Assembly: GCA_036172245.1 (NCBI GenBank)
Contig: JAYWIR010000022.1
Location: forward strand, 1,550,001 to 1,614,000
Direction: 5' to 3'
Source: Raillietiella orientalis
Lineage: Eukaryota
Length of the DNA stretch: 64,000 nt
This document shows positions 1-12,088 of the stretch, piece after piece. Made by a program: the position numbers and the translations under genes. The first letter of the stretch is position 1, and each line of letters begins with the position of its first letter. The notes under the pieces were generated by a model. That model ran no database searches. It was not told where the DNA came from and saw nothing but the letters and a program-made list of their open reading frames with translations.

Positions 1-2778
1 GGACGCTCGAGCGGGAGAATGTCCCTGCCTTGGAACTCCAGGGATCAGTAATTTTGTTTGACTTGGAAGCTGAGCCCCGTCCCTAAATCTGAATATTCCC
101 TGCGGAAAGGTCACCTAGCTTTCTTCCCGTTTCTACGACTGCGCAAGCGATCTTTCCCCTTTCGGGGTCTTTTCCTTTGCAAATGCCCTTGGTTCCATGA
201 TCACTGTTCTGTATTGTGGGTGTGGACAGGGGCCTGAGGAAGGACGAACAAAGGGCGTAAATCCAGTCTTTTGGAGTGCTCCCTCCCTTCGGACTCCGAA
301 CGTCCAGCGAGATCTCCTCTTTCTACCAAGGAGGAGGAGAACAGCCGCAAAGAGTACAACTACAGGGGAGACGGGAGGAGGAAGGGCAGGGGCAGGGACT
401 AGGAAATAAGGAGGCTTTCTCCTGATCCCCGCTCCTCCGATGCATTTTCTGCTTTCCATGTTTTTGCCTGCAGTGCTGGCTCCAGGGCAAGGAGGTTGTG
501 AGCAAGAAAATGGTAAAACAGGAGAAGAGAAGGGAAGAGGAGGGACCGATGTTCTGCACAAGCAAGGAGGGCTGATGATTGTGGGAGGGGAAGGTCAAAG
601 GTCGTGGGGTTATGGAGACACCAGACCCCTATGCGCCTTCTGTGTGGCGGCAGCGATCCACCCTTCCAGCAGCTTCCTTCCGGTCATTGTTTCCTCCCCT
701 TCTGGGACGCCTCTGAGATCTTCTCTTCGCCGAGGAGGGAACCATAAGGGTGTAGGGAGGTAATGCACTAGCAGGAAGAGGAATCGGATCCCACCCCAGC
801 TCACCTCACTTTGTCCGCGGGAGAGTGCTTATGCTTGTCCCTCTTCCTCCCTTCCTGTTCCGCGGGCAGGAGCGGCAGCCTCCTTCGGATTCGAAAGGAC
901 TTCTGGCTATCAGTCTCACTCAGGGTGTCCGACGAGTCGTAGTCCCTGGACAGGGATTTCGACGGCGTGACGGGGGCGCTGTGAGGAGTTCCGAACGACG
1001 AGCCTCCTTGGAAAGAGAGAGAGATGGGATGAGCTTAGTGGCATCCAGAGCGCAGCCGCTGTTGCTCTGCAGAGGAGGAGGGTCTGGCCAGGCCCTGCTC
1101 CACTTTCTGCGTTCTTCAAAAACTACTTCTGAAGATTGCGGCCTCGAGGGATAGGCCGTGTCGCGAGAGTCTTCTGGGAGTATCGTCACTCTCCGGGAAG
1201 AAACCGGGAACTACAGAGCTCAGAAAGGCCTCTACCCCGAGTTCTTCTCTCGTTCCCTACTCCTCGGAAGAAGAAAAGGGAGAGAACTCTGGAAGTCATT
1301 TCGAGTTCTCTTGGAACCCCTCTTTCCGGAAGGAAGGGGTTTCCAGGGACAGGAAGGAGAAAGAATGGAGGGGATGGAGGAGTGATCCCTGGATGATAGC
1401 TATACTCCAGGGAATGCGTTTCTTTTTCCCTTCTCATTACATTTGTAGTTCACGGGAAGCGGTGGTGACAGATAAGATGGGAGAGGTTCCTGCCTCTCCT
1501 GAGGATGCCGCTGCTCGGCAGCTCCCAAGTGTACTCATGTGCTCGCCAAGAGTGGTCCATGAGTCTTCCAGCTAGGGGGAAGAGCTGATTCTTTCTCCCT
1601 TGAAAGTTTTCACCGTCCCCCAGCATCCTCCTAGGTGTCTCGCATTCCCTGTCTCGCCTTCCTTTCTCCTCCTTGCTTCCTCATTCCCTAGCACCTCCAC
1701 TTTCGCCTCACGGCCTTACTCCCTTCTGGTGACTGGTGGCTCCTCCCTTCACAGGGGAATAGGAGGAGGCGACGGCGACGTGTCTCGGCGTCCAGCGCGT
1801 CGGCAAAGCAACACCAGGAGGCCACAGGAGCGTGAAGGATCGGAACGCGACGTCAGACCAAGCACCATCACTGCCGCGCCGAAGAAAGATAGAAGAGCGA
1901 CGAGGCTCGAGGAGATTCTGAGTCTGCCAGAGGAGGAGGAAGAGGATGAGAGGTACAAAAGGGATCCAAGCTCGACTCGCACCGCCTCTCTTTCCAAGAC
2001 GAGGGGTGATTCGTGAGGTCGGGGTCAGGTCCTCTTGAAGGTCGGGTTCGCCAGAGGAACCGCGAGCGACCGGATTGACAGCAAGCTAGAAATTTTGTGG
2101 ATAAGAAGCAAAAGAACGCAGGATCCTCTCATTGGCAGGCAGCACTCTCTCGCTGCCGTCTCTGTGAGGCGGAGCAAGGCAAGGTGAGTGTCTGCGCCTC
2201 TGGCGTGGCAGCAGAAGCTGCGACACCGAGAGACAAACGAGCGGGGGCGAAGCCCCTGAGTTTACGCAATGTGAGCCTTCCTCGTATCCCTTCGACAGCC
2301 CTCCAGAACGATTGCAGACACGGACAGGTTACTGCTGTTTTGATGCTAGGGGCGAGAGACGGCGAGCAAGGGTGGTTCGGGACCAGAAATTCCCTGCATG
2401 GAGAAGAGCAGTCATTCTGTAGAACAATAGCTGAGGAAACTCGAGGCGAGGCGATACTTGATCCATATGGGGAAGTCACTCGAAGGGGGATCAGGGACAG
2501 GGAAAATTTCATTTCTTTCAGTAGACCAGGGAGCATCGAAGAGCAAACAATTCGGACCTGGATGGCATGGGGTCGGAGGCGGGGAATTCGGGAGTTGGAG
2601 GTGGCAGATGAAGAACCTTCACATCGGATGTTTGAAGCAAGAGCGCGCAAGAGCAGGAGCCGTTCCTCGAGTGCTGCCAACCAAACATCCACAACCAACA
2701 GCACCACCGGCAGCAGCAGCAGCTAGTCTCAGGCGACTGCTGGTTCGCCTTCAGGACGAAGCTCCCCTTCTGGGACGG

Positions 2779-2822
2779 GAAGAGTCAGTAGCAACCAGCA
2801 TGCTGGTTGCTACTGACTCTTC
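2779..2822. repeat. Perfect 44-bp palindrome
   Basis: GAAGAGTCAGTAGCAACCAGCA|TGCTGGTTGCTACTGACTCTTC, no spacer, no mismatch. Confidence 0.95.
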
Positions 2823-5033
2823 AGAGAAACCACTCGGCCTAAATGCCGAACCGAGAAGTCTCTAAAGTATTCCCGAGGGGGGGCATTAGCGAAAAGAGTT
2901 GTCTCTTCCATCTCTCTCCTATCCAACATCCGTGAGAGGGACCAAGATGCGGGATCAGCCGCTGCCACAAAATGAAGAACTGGTGAAAAAAGCGAAAGTA
3001 TTTTCCTCTATGTGGAGCTTCAGGAGTTCTCTCACGTGACTCTTTGGAAAGGAGTGCTATCGTTTCATCATCATCTTTCTCATCGCATTTCAACTGATTC
3101 CGTTACTCGGAAACAGGGTGGAGACTTGGGGAGAGATCCAAGTGGGACTTTCGAGTGCGCACAAATACATATTCACTGGGCAAGGGGAGGAACCAAAGAT
3201 TCTTTCCCCAATCTCTGGTCTCTCACTCAAGTCAGGATAACCCTTCTTCACTGAAGAGTGACAAGAACCTTCAGGCGAGACGCAGAGCTCTTTCTGATGG
3301 GAATGCAGAAAGAACCAGGTTTTTGCTCCGAGCCAGTCTGGGAGGGTACCCTTCGGATGGCTTGTCATCCCCTGAAGCTAATTTTTGAAGACGTTCGCGA
3401 AAAAGGAAAACCATGAACGCTTCTTGGTTGGTCGCTGGTCTTGCCGATCAAGCTTTCGGGACTCTGCCGAGCTGGGTCCACATGCAGATCTTGCAATCTG
3501 TGCTGAGCAACCAACATTGTGAAGGAGGAGTGCGGGTGAAGGCAAATAGGCGAGCTGATTCCCCTAGTTCGTCTTGAGCTGTGAAGCACGAGAGTTCTCC
3601 AAAGTTGGAGAGCTGGAGAGGCATCAGGGCTGATCAGAGTAGAGAACTTCCCGTGAGGATTTCTTGAGCCTCGGAAAACAGAAACACGAAGGTCCTCTTT
3701 TCAAAGGCTGGAACTGCAGGAAGACAAAACTCTCCCCACGGTCCTCTGAGAAACAACTAGCGACCCAAGGTTATGCCATCTCGACTCATGCTAAAAGCTC
3801 TAAATGGGTTCACTTTCGGAGCGACTGGTAAATCCAGCGACTGGAAAGAGAAACCAACGCGATGCAGAGGACATCAGGGAGAGAACAGGATTCGCTGGCT
3901 GCTAATTATGCAATCACAGCCTTGCTGGAAAGGTGACAGGAGAATGGTAGCTAACCACAAGCTTCGTGATGCTGGAGGTCTACCAGCATCAAGATACAAA
4001 GCTGGGCATCTCCTGGATGTCTGTGGAAGTCCAGCTCCCCAAAACACCGCTGATGGCTGTGAAATCTTCAACTGATGAGAAGAAAGATTATGAGCGAAAT
4101 GCTTGCAGCCATTTTGTCTCTTTATGCTTCGGTGCTTTCACAGTGCGGCGCAGAGGACATGCCAATCCTCTTCAATCCCGGTCTAGTGCATCCGTTGCTT
4201 AAGCAGGCATTTTTTTCTCTTTTCTTTCATGCCAATCCTCTTTTTTTGCTTTCCTTCCTGTTCTGAAGGAGGGTAGATGTTTTGTGGTCGAGAGAGCATC
4301 CTGCAGATTTACTGTTGTAGCCAGCTTGATTTGCTTTCCTTGTTTCTGTAGGAAAGAAGAATGCCACTTCTCCAAGAATGCAGGCTGCTCTCTTCGTCCA
4401 GTTCACCATGCGACAAAGGTAAAGTCAACTTCTGAAAATCCCAGCTACCAGTGCCATGTCTGTAGCCTGTTGCCATTAAAAGGAAGTGGCTCTCTTTACA
4501 ACGTTTGTTAACGTGTTGATTCGCTTTCTCCCTTTGCAAGAACGGTTTTCTCTTCGGATAGAACCTAGCTCTCCGTCTGAAGTGACGGATCTTCTGAGAA
4601 AGAAAAACACCTCAAAACTGTTGAGCACTACTTGAAGCTTGACTGTGATCGATCTCAGAATCCGTCTCAGAATCCAGCGAGCTGAGTCTGCATACGTTTT
4701 CGAGCAGGAAGGCATCTGCCCTCGGCATCGGTTCCTGCTTTCGGTTTCGTGCAAGTGAGAGATCATTCTCCTTTCACGTGATTCTCTGAATGCTCGCCAT
4801 GACGTTCAAGGAAGATTTACCGCCAGTGCTGGCAAACACCTCTCCTTCTAGCACGACAGACTCTGTGGCATCCCAGCTTGAGAAAAAGAGGGAGAGAGAG
4901 AGAGAGAGACAGAAACGATCCAGAGAAAAATCGTCAGCAATTTCTAAGAGTCCAAGTAGAGTCGACTCAAGCGGTTCGAAGCATAGAACTGAAAGCGGTC
5001 TTCAAGGATGTATGCAGCCTTCCTCAAACTGGA

Positions 5034-5465
5034 AAGGAAGAGGTACACGAAAGACCCAGAGTCACTAGTCCTAGTCACTAGTCCCGTCGCCGTGATTTTC
5101 TGTCCGTTCTCTGAGGACCACAGGAGTGGCAACAAGTATCGCCGCTCTCCATAAAGTCTCCGGAATTTCTCCCTTATCTGGACTCCTTCCACCAAAGAAA
5201 GAGGTCAACTGCCAGAGCCGAAAACGGGTCTCGAGGCGTTTTTTCACATCAGAAACTGAGACGGTCGGGTTCGTTTTCGGCTCTGACAGTTGGTCTCTTT
5301 CTTTGGTGTTAAGGAGTCCAGATGCGGGAGAAATTCCGGAGACTTTATGGAGAGCGGCGATACTTGTTGCCACTCATGTGGTCCTCAGAGAACGGACAGA
5401 AAATCACGGCGACGGGACTAGTGACTAGGACTAGTGACTCTGGGTCTTTCGTGTACCTCTTCCTT
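5034..5465. repeat. Long inverted repeat / fold-back (arms 5034-5226 and 5272-5465, ~45 bp loop), MITE-like or hairpin-RNA-like
   Basis: Arms are reverse complements with only a few mismatches and one small indel; each arm contains tandem AGTCACTAGTCC(T). Confidence 0.95.
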
Positions 5466-8400
5466 GACCTCGAATTCAACAAATTCTGTTAGTATTTACA
5501 TTAAGGGTGTTGCAGAAGTGTAGGCAATGTCGACCTTTAATTTGCGCTTGCAGTTACGTGCTACGAAGCGCAGAAGGGGAGATCGTTCTCAAGAACAAAC
5601 ACCTTGTCGAGGCACGGCGACTCTGCTTCCCAACGACCGCGTGCAGCGAGAAAATGAACGGGAAATACGCTACTCAAGAAGACAATGTTGTGCATGCTTT
5701 CAATAGTCAAATCTCTAGGGTCAGTTTTTGACCCAAGAAATGCTTCTCTAGGGACGCTCCAATGGCAAGTGGCAAGCACTCGTACATACGTTCGTACGCA
5801 CACACGTGAAAACAGCTGCTCGTGGGATGTTTGTTCTTTGCTGATGCGGTTCTTTTGTTCGAATTGTCCAAGATGGAATCGACTCGCTTTTCAGTCTCTC
5901 ATGGCCTTTCTTCAGCACCGATCTCTAGGGAGCTGGGTTATTGCTCGACGAGCCCGAAGCAAGCTTGGAAGCAAGTATTTCGAGGACTCTAAACCGAATG
6001 AACTGTTCACCTCCATCCGCATTATAGAAACAGCTATTAGACATGGTGGGAGTTCGAATCATGGAAAGCCCGACATGAAGAGAGCAGTTTTCGGTAGATC
6101 GGAAGGAAGGAACAAAGCAAGAAAAAAAATTTGTGTACCAACCTGGTATAAAATGCACCTGGTTTATGGGAGCCGAAACGAATAGAGACGAATCCAAGGC
6201 AGAAAGGTCGCTGGTCATTCCTGGACTTTTCCCAGGAGACTGCACTCTAAAAAAAAAAAAACAGCATCATGAGCACAAAGAACAAAGGCACTTTCGCTTT
6301 CAGTTTCACTTCGCAGAGACGGTCATCGAAACGGATGCTCATCATGCAAGTTTGAAGGCCTCACAAGGAGGGGTGAGGGAAATGGAATCACGTGCAATGG
6401 ATATCTGTCCGGAGTCCAGCAAATCCCCAACAGAAAAAGGTGTGTTTGCTCCTCTTCAGACACTTTTTTTCGTTTTTTATTTAATCATACGTGCTGTTTC
6501 CACATGCCTCGGTCTCTTAGGTTACCATCGATCTACACGACAAGCGAGGGGTCCGAGCGTTCTAGCATGGAACGGAAGATGACACCTCCGTTGCTGAGAT
6601 TCATGTATCCTTCCCCTTTTACGACATCTTGTCCATAGTGATAGCAAACGGAGCTCAGCTGTAAATCTGACTCGTGGGAGGAATCTGGGGAGAATGTACT
6701 AGGGAAACGGAGCCGAACTATCCGCGAAACAACACGGGTTTCGGAAATGAAACTTTTCTTGTTTGTTTGCTCTGGACAGAGCAACAGGAACAACTTTCAA
6801 GTTGGGCGCGCGCGGAAACGTAAAACCTGATTCCCATGATGCTATGGACTCGAGCAGTGGAGGCTACGAACACAGTAATCTACGTGTGAACCGGTTGCAC
6901 GCTAAAGTACCCCGAGCTGGAGATTTGCTTTTCAGATCGCATTTTCTTCTCAGATTTCACATGCAATCTTCTACTAGAGAGTGGATCCTGGAATTTTTTC
7001 CCCTGAGGTTCCGATTCCCTACAAAAAAGCCGAATGGGAAAATGATTGGCACGTTTTCGGAGTTCTCCTTCAAGAACGATAGCCTGCTGCGATTTGGAAA
7101 TCCACCAAGTAGAACCCCGATCCACCAATCACGTTTACAAGTGGAGTTGACTTACCACTACCGACCTAACCAAAAAAAAACGCAAAATCGAGGAATTTGC
7201 ATCTGTTTGCCTCCCAACCGGCACTCTTCTGGACCTCTCAACAGCGGAGAGATCCGTTTCGTTTTGTCCCTTCCGCCGCTTCGTTGGAAACCTGGACGGA
7301 TTTTCCAGAAAACGCTCTGGAAAATCAGGTCGTAGAACTGTTGAGAAACTGCTCGGCAGAATGCTGCAGCCGGTATGCTTAGCTGTTGAGAGCTGCCGTT
7401 GCACCGAAAGGGAACGAAATCGTTCAGCTTTCCAAAGGGAGCAGAGGGAGCAGATCGCAGGATGTCGGCGATCGGTCGAATTCGGTGGGGAGAGCCTTTC
7501 CGCTCCCATCGGACGAGCAGCAAGGCGAATGGGTCGCCGGCTGAGTCTCTCTGCGTCGGGTGGCGCTTGTAGGGCAAGTCGCACGACTTTCCAGCGGCTC
7601 ACAGATGGCCAGCTCTCCAGGAGCAGGACTTCGAGTCGCAGATCCCCGGCACTGCTCGCGCCCTTCCCAAGCTGGACCTGGGACATCCTTAAAACTCCAG
7701 GTGAGTCGAGGATGACATCATCATCATTCAGACGTGGACGAATCAGTACACAGGACTCGATGGCTTCCATGTTAAATCTTTAGCAGCACTCCCACTCATG
7801 GTCCAGAACCCGCATCCTCCTCTCGCAGAGCACCTCATCCTCCTCCGCGGAAAACTTTTGATCAGCATTTGCCTACCGATCACGCGAGAAACTCTGATCT
7901 CTTGGAAAATTCTCTGCGATTTGTTTCTTCCTGGAAGGAGGTGAAGAGTCCGTCATTTGAAGCGGAACTGGCACGGATGGGTTCAGTGTCACGGAAGGAG
8001 AGCTAGAAAACGGGAATAAGGAAAAGCTTCTTTCCCTCCCCTTCTCGGAAGTCGAGTGCAGCCGAGGCTGGCTTTTCTGGTGCCGAAGTGTTCGCTCGGG
8101 GTGACAAAGAAGAAGCGTCGCTCCTCGGAAACGGGTTCGGGGAGACAGGAGGAAAGCAGATGAGGAAGTCGAGCGAGACGCAAGCTCAAGGCGGCTCCTA
8201 AGTGATGCGCGAAACGTGGAACGCCCGAAGCGGTCGCACGCCAGACTGTTGGAGGGGGGAGCCGGACATTTGAGCGCATAAGCAGCTCAATCGTCAGAGG
8301 GAGCGGAGAAGTGCTCAGCTTCTCGCAAAAGAAAGCGAGACGTCGGCGAGAGCGCAAGACACATCCCTCACGGGGAAGGGGAGGCGGGGGCTCGAAACCG

Positions 8401-10513
8401 ACGCCCGGCGTTGGCAAGGGAGAGGGTGATGCGCCTCATTCACTCCAGCTCTGACTCGTGTGTGCGAATGTGCCCCCTCTCATGTGCGACACTTTGCCGG
8501 GAAACCTCCGGGGTTTGAAGGCAGCAAACGAGCGCTGCACCCGCGGCCTTTCCGACTTCCCGAGGAATCCCGCGAAGGCGTGAAGAATTGGAGGGCGATT
8601 CTTCTGACCCCCGGCTCCGAGAGATGAATTTTTCATTTTCGACCCGGGAAGGGGTCAATTTTTGATTCCGCTCCTCCTCTCCCCCCCCACTTCCCTTCCT
8701 TCCCTCAACTCCGTCTGCCTTCCCATCCTCAGGGAGTTAGCGGAGCGCTGTGATGTAACGCGGGGGTGTACCGAATGGGGCGGTCGAGGGGCAAGAACTC
8801 CATTTCCCGAAACCGACGAGCTCCCGGAGCTGCCATGCACCCATCAAGCCTTCTCAGGCAGCTCCCCGTTGTACGGGATGCTACCGGGGATTCCATGGTC
8901 TACTGGTCGACGGCATATATCCGGTCTTCCCCTACAACACGGGGGTGAGAATGGGGGAGAAGGGAGCGTTGGGTGGGAAGTGGTAGGTCGGTCTCCTTCT
9001 GAGGTGGTATCGTAATCCCCGCTTCTTCTGGTCTTCCCTTCTTTCCCTGCCTCTGGAGCATCAGAGTATTCAGCAGCCATCCTTCTCGGAGCGAGCCGTG
9101 GATCACGGACAAACCCTGCACGAATCCTTTCCTCCGCGACCGATGTCACGAGGCGTGGGCGCTCCAAAAGGAGGCGTTCCAGACAGGAAGTCCTCGTGTG
9201 TGCTGACTGGGTACGCGAGTGAGCACTGGGAACTGCGCAGAAGATCTGACTGTGCTACGGAGCGGAGCGCGGCACTCAGCGAGGCGCGTCCCGCCCTCAC
9301 CGCGAACTCAAGGGGTCAGGAACTCCGGTGGGGATGAGGAGTCCATGAACAAGCGAGCGTCCTCTCCTGGGGTGAGGAGCAGAAGCGCAAGCCTACGGAT
9401 CGGAGGAGAGGGAGGAACCTGAGTGGAAGCCTCGTCCAATCGAGGGCGCGTCTCCCACGACCAGTGAGCGGCAGCAGCGGGGCCTCGGGGAGGTGAAGGA
9501 GGTTGATGTCTGGAGAGGCTCAGAGTAGAGAGTAGAGCGCGCTCACGCAGAGGGCGGAGCCTGAGAGGAAAACATCGCTCCCGGCGAGCGAGGAGTTCCG
9601 CAAGAGGTGAGCGGAAGGATGCTCCGCAGGCAGTTCTGCTCTCCATTCCTGCGGCAATCCGCGTATCACCGAAACAGCACGCGGCCATCACGAATTCCCA
9701 GATGCGTTTTCATGCCGACGGTCAGGCAGAAGACTCTCAACAGCCGGAAGAGCCGAGGGCTGCGAGAGTATGGGGTCGGGACCGGCCAGCAATGATGAAG
9801 ACCAAAGGGTAATCCGGGCCATTGGGGCACACTCACATTGCTGATCATCTTGCTGCAAGACCGAAAGCGGACGGAAGATGCTTCTCCACCCCCATGGATC
9901 CAGAAGACCAGAAGTGCTTCCCAAACAGACCGTGATCTCCCATTTCACACGGATCCTCGCGGAGGACGTTGTAAACGACAGAACAGACCCATAACCAGAC
10001 GCAAAGGGCACCAACCCGTGTCTGAAGGAGTTACCAACGCCGTCGGACCCCTCCCTGGAATCGCGACGGCTGGGTCAGGGTGAAGTCCATCTGACCTGTC
10101 CGGGAAGGCGATAAGCAGTGAGGAGCCGCGATCTCCTTTCAGGGAGACGAGGACTGTGGACGACCCTGCGACAGGTCTCCGTGATCCAGCTGGGAGCATC
10201 TCTTCCACGTGACGCCTGGGACTCGGAGGCTCCGAGGTTGTCATTCAGGCGCCAATAGCAAGCGCGGTCAGGCGTGCGTGGGCGGTATGAAGGGCAAGGG
10301 AACAAGGACGCTGAAGGTCTGTCCACCCTCGAATGTGCGGACACCCTGCAGCCATTTTTCTCGTTTCAGAAGAGAACCTGCAGAAACTTCTTGGACGTTC
10401 CTTCGGAAGAGGAGTAAGAAAGAGTGGGACGTGCCGGACAGGGACGCAGGGCACTGTGGAAGCGAAGAAAGCAAAGCACTGACAAAGGGTTGGGCAAGGG
10501 AAGGATCTGATAC

Positions 10514-10743
10514 CGAACTGGGGTTGCCTTCTTTGCTGCAGGCAAGCATGAGATCGTCAAAGGGGGTAGAAGGAGGAGGACAGTTGCGAACTTCGTGACT
10601 CGTGAAATCCGGTGCTGTTCCTCGGCCGTCTCTCTGGGGTGATGAGGGTAATTCCAAAGAAGAGCTCTCGAGAACACAACTAAGGAGCCTCTGCACTTGA
10701 GGGTAGGGCAGGTCACCAAAGGTGACCTGCTGCCGAGAGGTCA
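10514..10743 (-). CDS. Candidate exon: (V)TSRQQVTFGDLPYPQVQRLL...(donor uncertain)
   Basis: tgtctccag| acceptor; phase-1 entry matches the previous exon; donor TCG|gtatca is tentative. Confidence 0.35.
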
Positions 10744-11381
10744 CTGGAGACAGCGGATGCTGCGGAAAGAGCGCGTGCTGCCCGAATCGAATGCCTCCTT
10801 ATTCCCTTCTTCACGTGGTCAAGAAGGAGGGTGAGGAGAGAAAAGGGGTTCGAAAGGATAGAGGTGTGAAGGGGGGAGTGCTGAAGCGCCTGGAGAGCAG
10901 GGGCAGGTCGCAGGAGCTCGTGATGAAAGATTTTCGGCGAGGCTTCAGGTGGAGCTGCTCCTCGCTTTTCCTCGCTCTCCTCCCCTCTTCCTTTTTTTCC
11001 GACTTGCCCAAGCAGCGCTAACGGAACCTCCCAGTGTGGCAGATTTCGTTAGACCGCGATTTCCGGACCCTTATTCTCCTCCCCCTTTTTTCGCCACACT
11101 CTCTGTTTCGGAAGCAACTGAACGGAAGATCCCGTCACTTGCCTTCCCTCTCCCCTCCCGCAATTCACCGGACCACCTCACAAAGCAAAAGCAACTCGAA
11201 ATTGTAGAGGAGAAGGATGTATCTTACAGTTTTAGGGGTTCTCCTCCTGTAATGAAGAGGGCGGGCACCGGACTTTTCACGTTCTGAGGACCTACTGGAA
11301 AGAGAAAAGCAGCATTACTCCGATGGGACGGAAAGGGTGTTGGGGCTGGGTAGGTGAAGGCAGATAGGAGGCGATGCTAAC

Positions 11382-11667
11382 CCATGAAGGCCATCTGCTG
11401 AGGAGACGTGGACTGGGAGGAAGACGCGGAAGGGAACGCCTGGGCAAAAGCCATCTGCACGGGCTGGAAGACGGCGATGGACGCCTGGTGGAGCTGCTGC
11501 TGCTGGAGGAGACCTTCAGGCGCCTTCGCCTGGGGGAAGGGCTCCCTGACAGGTCCTGGAGCGCCGGCTTCGGGAAGGTTCCAGCTTGTTGGATAAGGCG
11601 CCCCCGATGGCGCAAGACTGGCCGCTGCCGCCGCCGCAGAACGTGCATCCCAAATTTGAGGGCAGGC
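11382..11667 (-). CDS. Coding exon: ACPQIWDARSAAAAAASLAPSGAPYP...QQQQLHQ...SPQQMAFM
   Basis: ccccag| acceptor, G|gttagc donor; 286 nt, phase 0 to 1, in frame with the preceding exon; A/Q/P-rich. Confidence 0.65.
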
Positions 11668-11819
11668 CTGGGGATTCGCATCCGGGAAGAGCAGATTAGA
11701 GTCTTTCTTTTCGGGGAGGGGAGATGAACGGAGAGAGAGAATGCGGGTGTGCAGGGGAGCAGGAGTAGGCGAGAAGGGTGAGCGTCAGGGAGAGGGAGAG
11801 GGGGAGGGAGGAACTTCAC

Positions 11820-12088
11820 CTCGCTGGCGTCCTGGGAGCAGGAGGAGGACTCGGGTGGCTGTTTTTTCCAAACGGAGTTTCGGTCCTGGGCGTAGCTGTC
11901 GGGGCCACCTGCGAGCTGTTGCTGCGCCACCAGAGCAAAGTGATCCTGCTGCGAAAACGCCTGCCGGGAAGGGGCGGAGAACTCCGCGTAGTGATCGTGA
12001 AGGGCTGGCGCTGGGGAGTAAAGCGCCGCGTCCGGCTGCCCATCGCCGCTGCCGCCAGGGAACGCTTTTGGGGAGACGCTCCGCAGAC
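11820..12088 (-). CDS. Coding exon: (G)LRSVSPKAFPGGSGDGQPDAALYS...SSSCSQDASE
   Basis: tctcttgtctccag| acceptor, GAG|gtgaag donor; 269 nt, phase 1 to 0. Confidence 0.7.

Noticed and set aside
5071..5428. Twin 100-aa ORFs on opposite strands (MATSIAALHKVSG...)
   Set aside because: They are a by-product of the inverted repeat, not genes
3365..10250. Additional exon-like segments (about 10.0, 9.1, 7.8, 4.85, 4.7, 4.0 and 3.5 kb, minus strand)
   Set aside because: Plausible splice sites, but I could not build a unique phase-consistent chain, so coordinates are not reported as features
10708..10730. 10-bp stem hairpin GCAGGTCACC-aaa-GGTGACCTGC (also a 9-bp stem at 3967-3991)
   Set aside because: Short enough to arise by chance; no terminator context in a eukaryote
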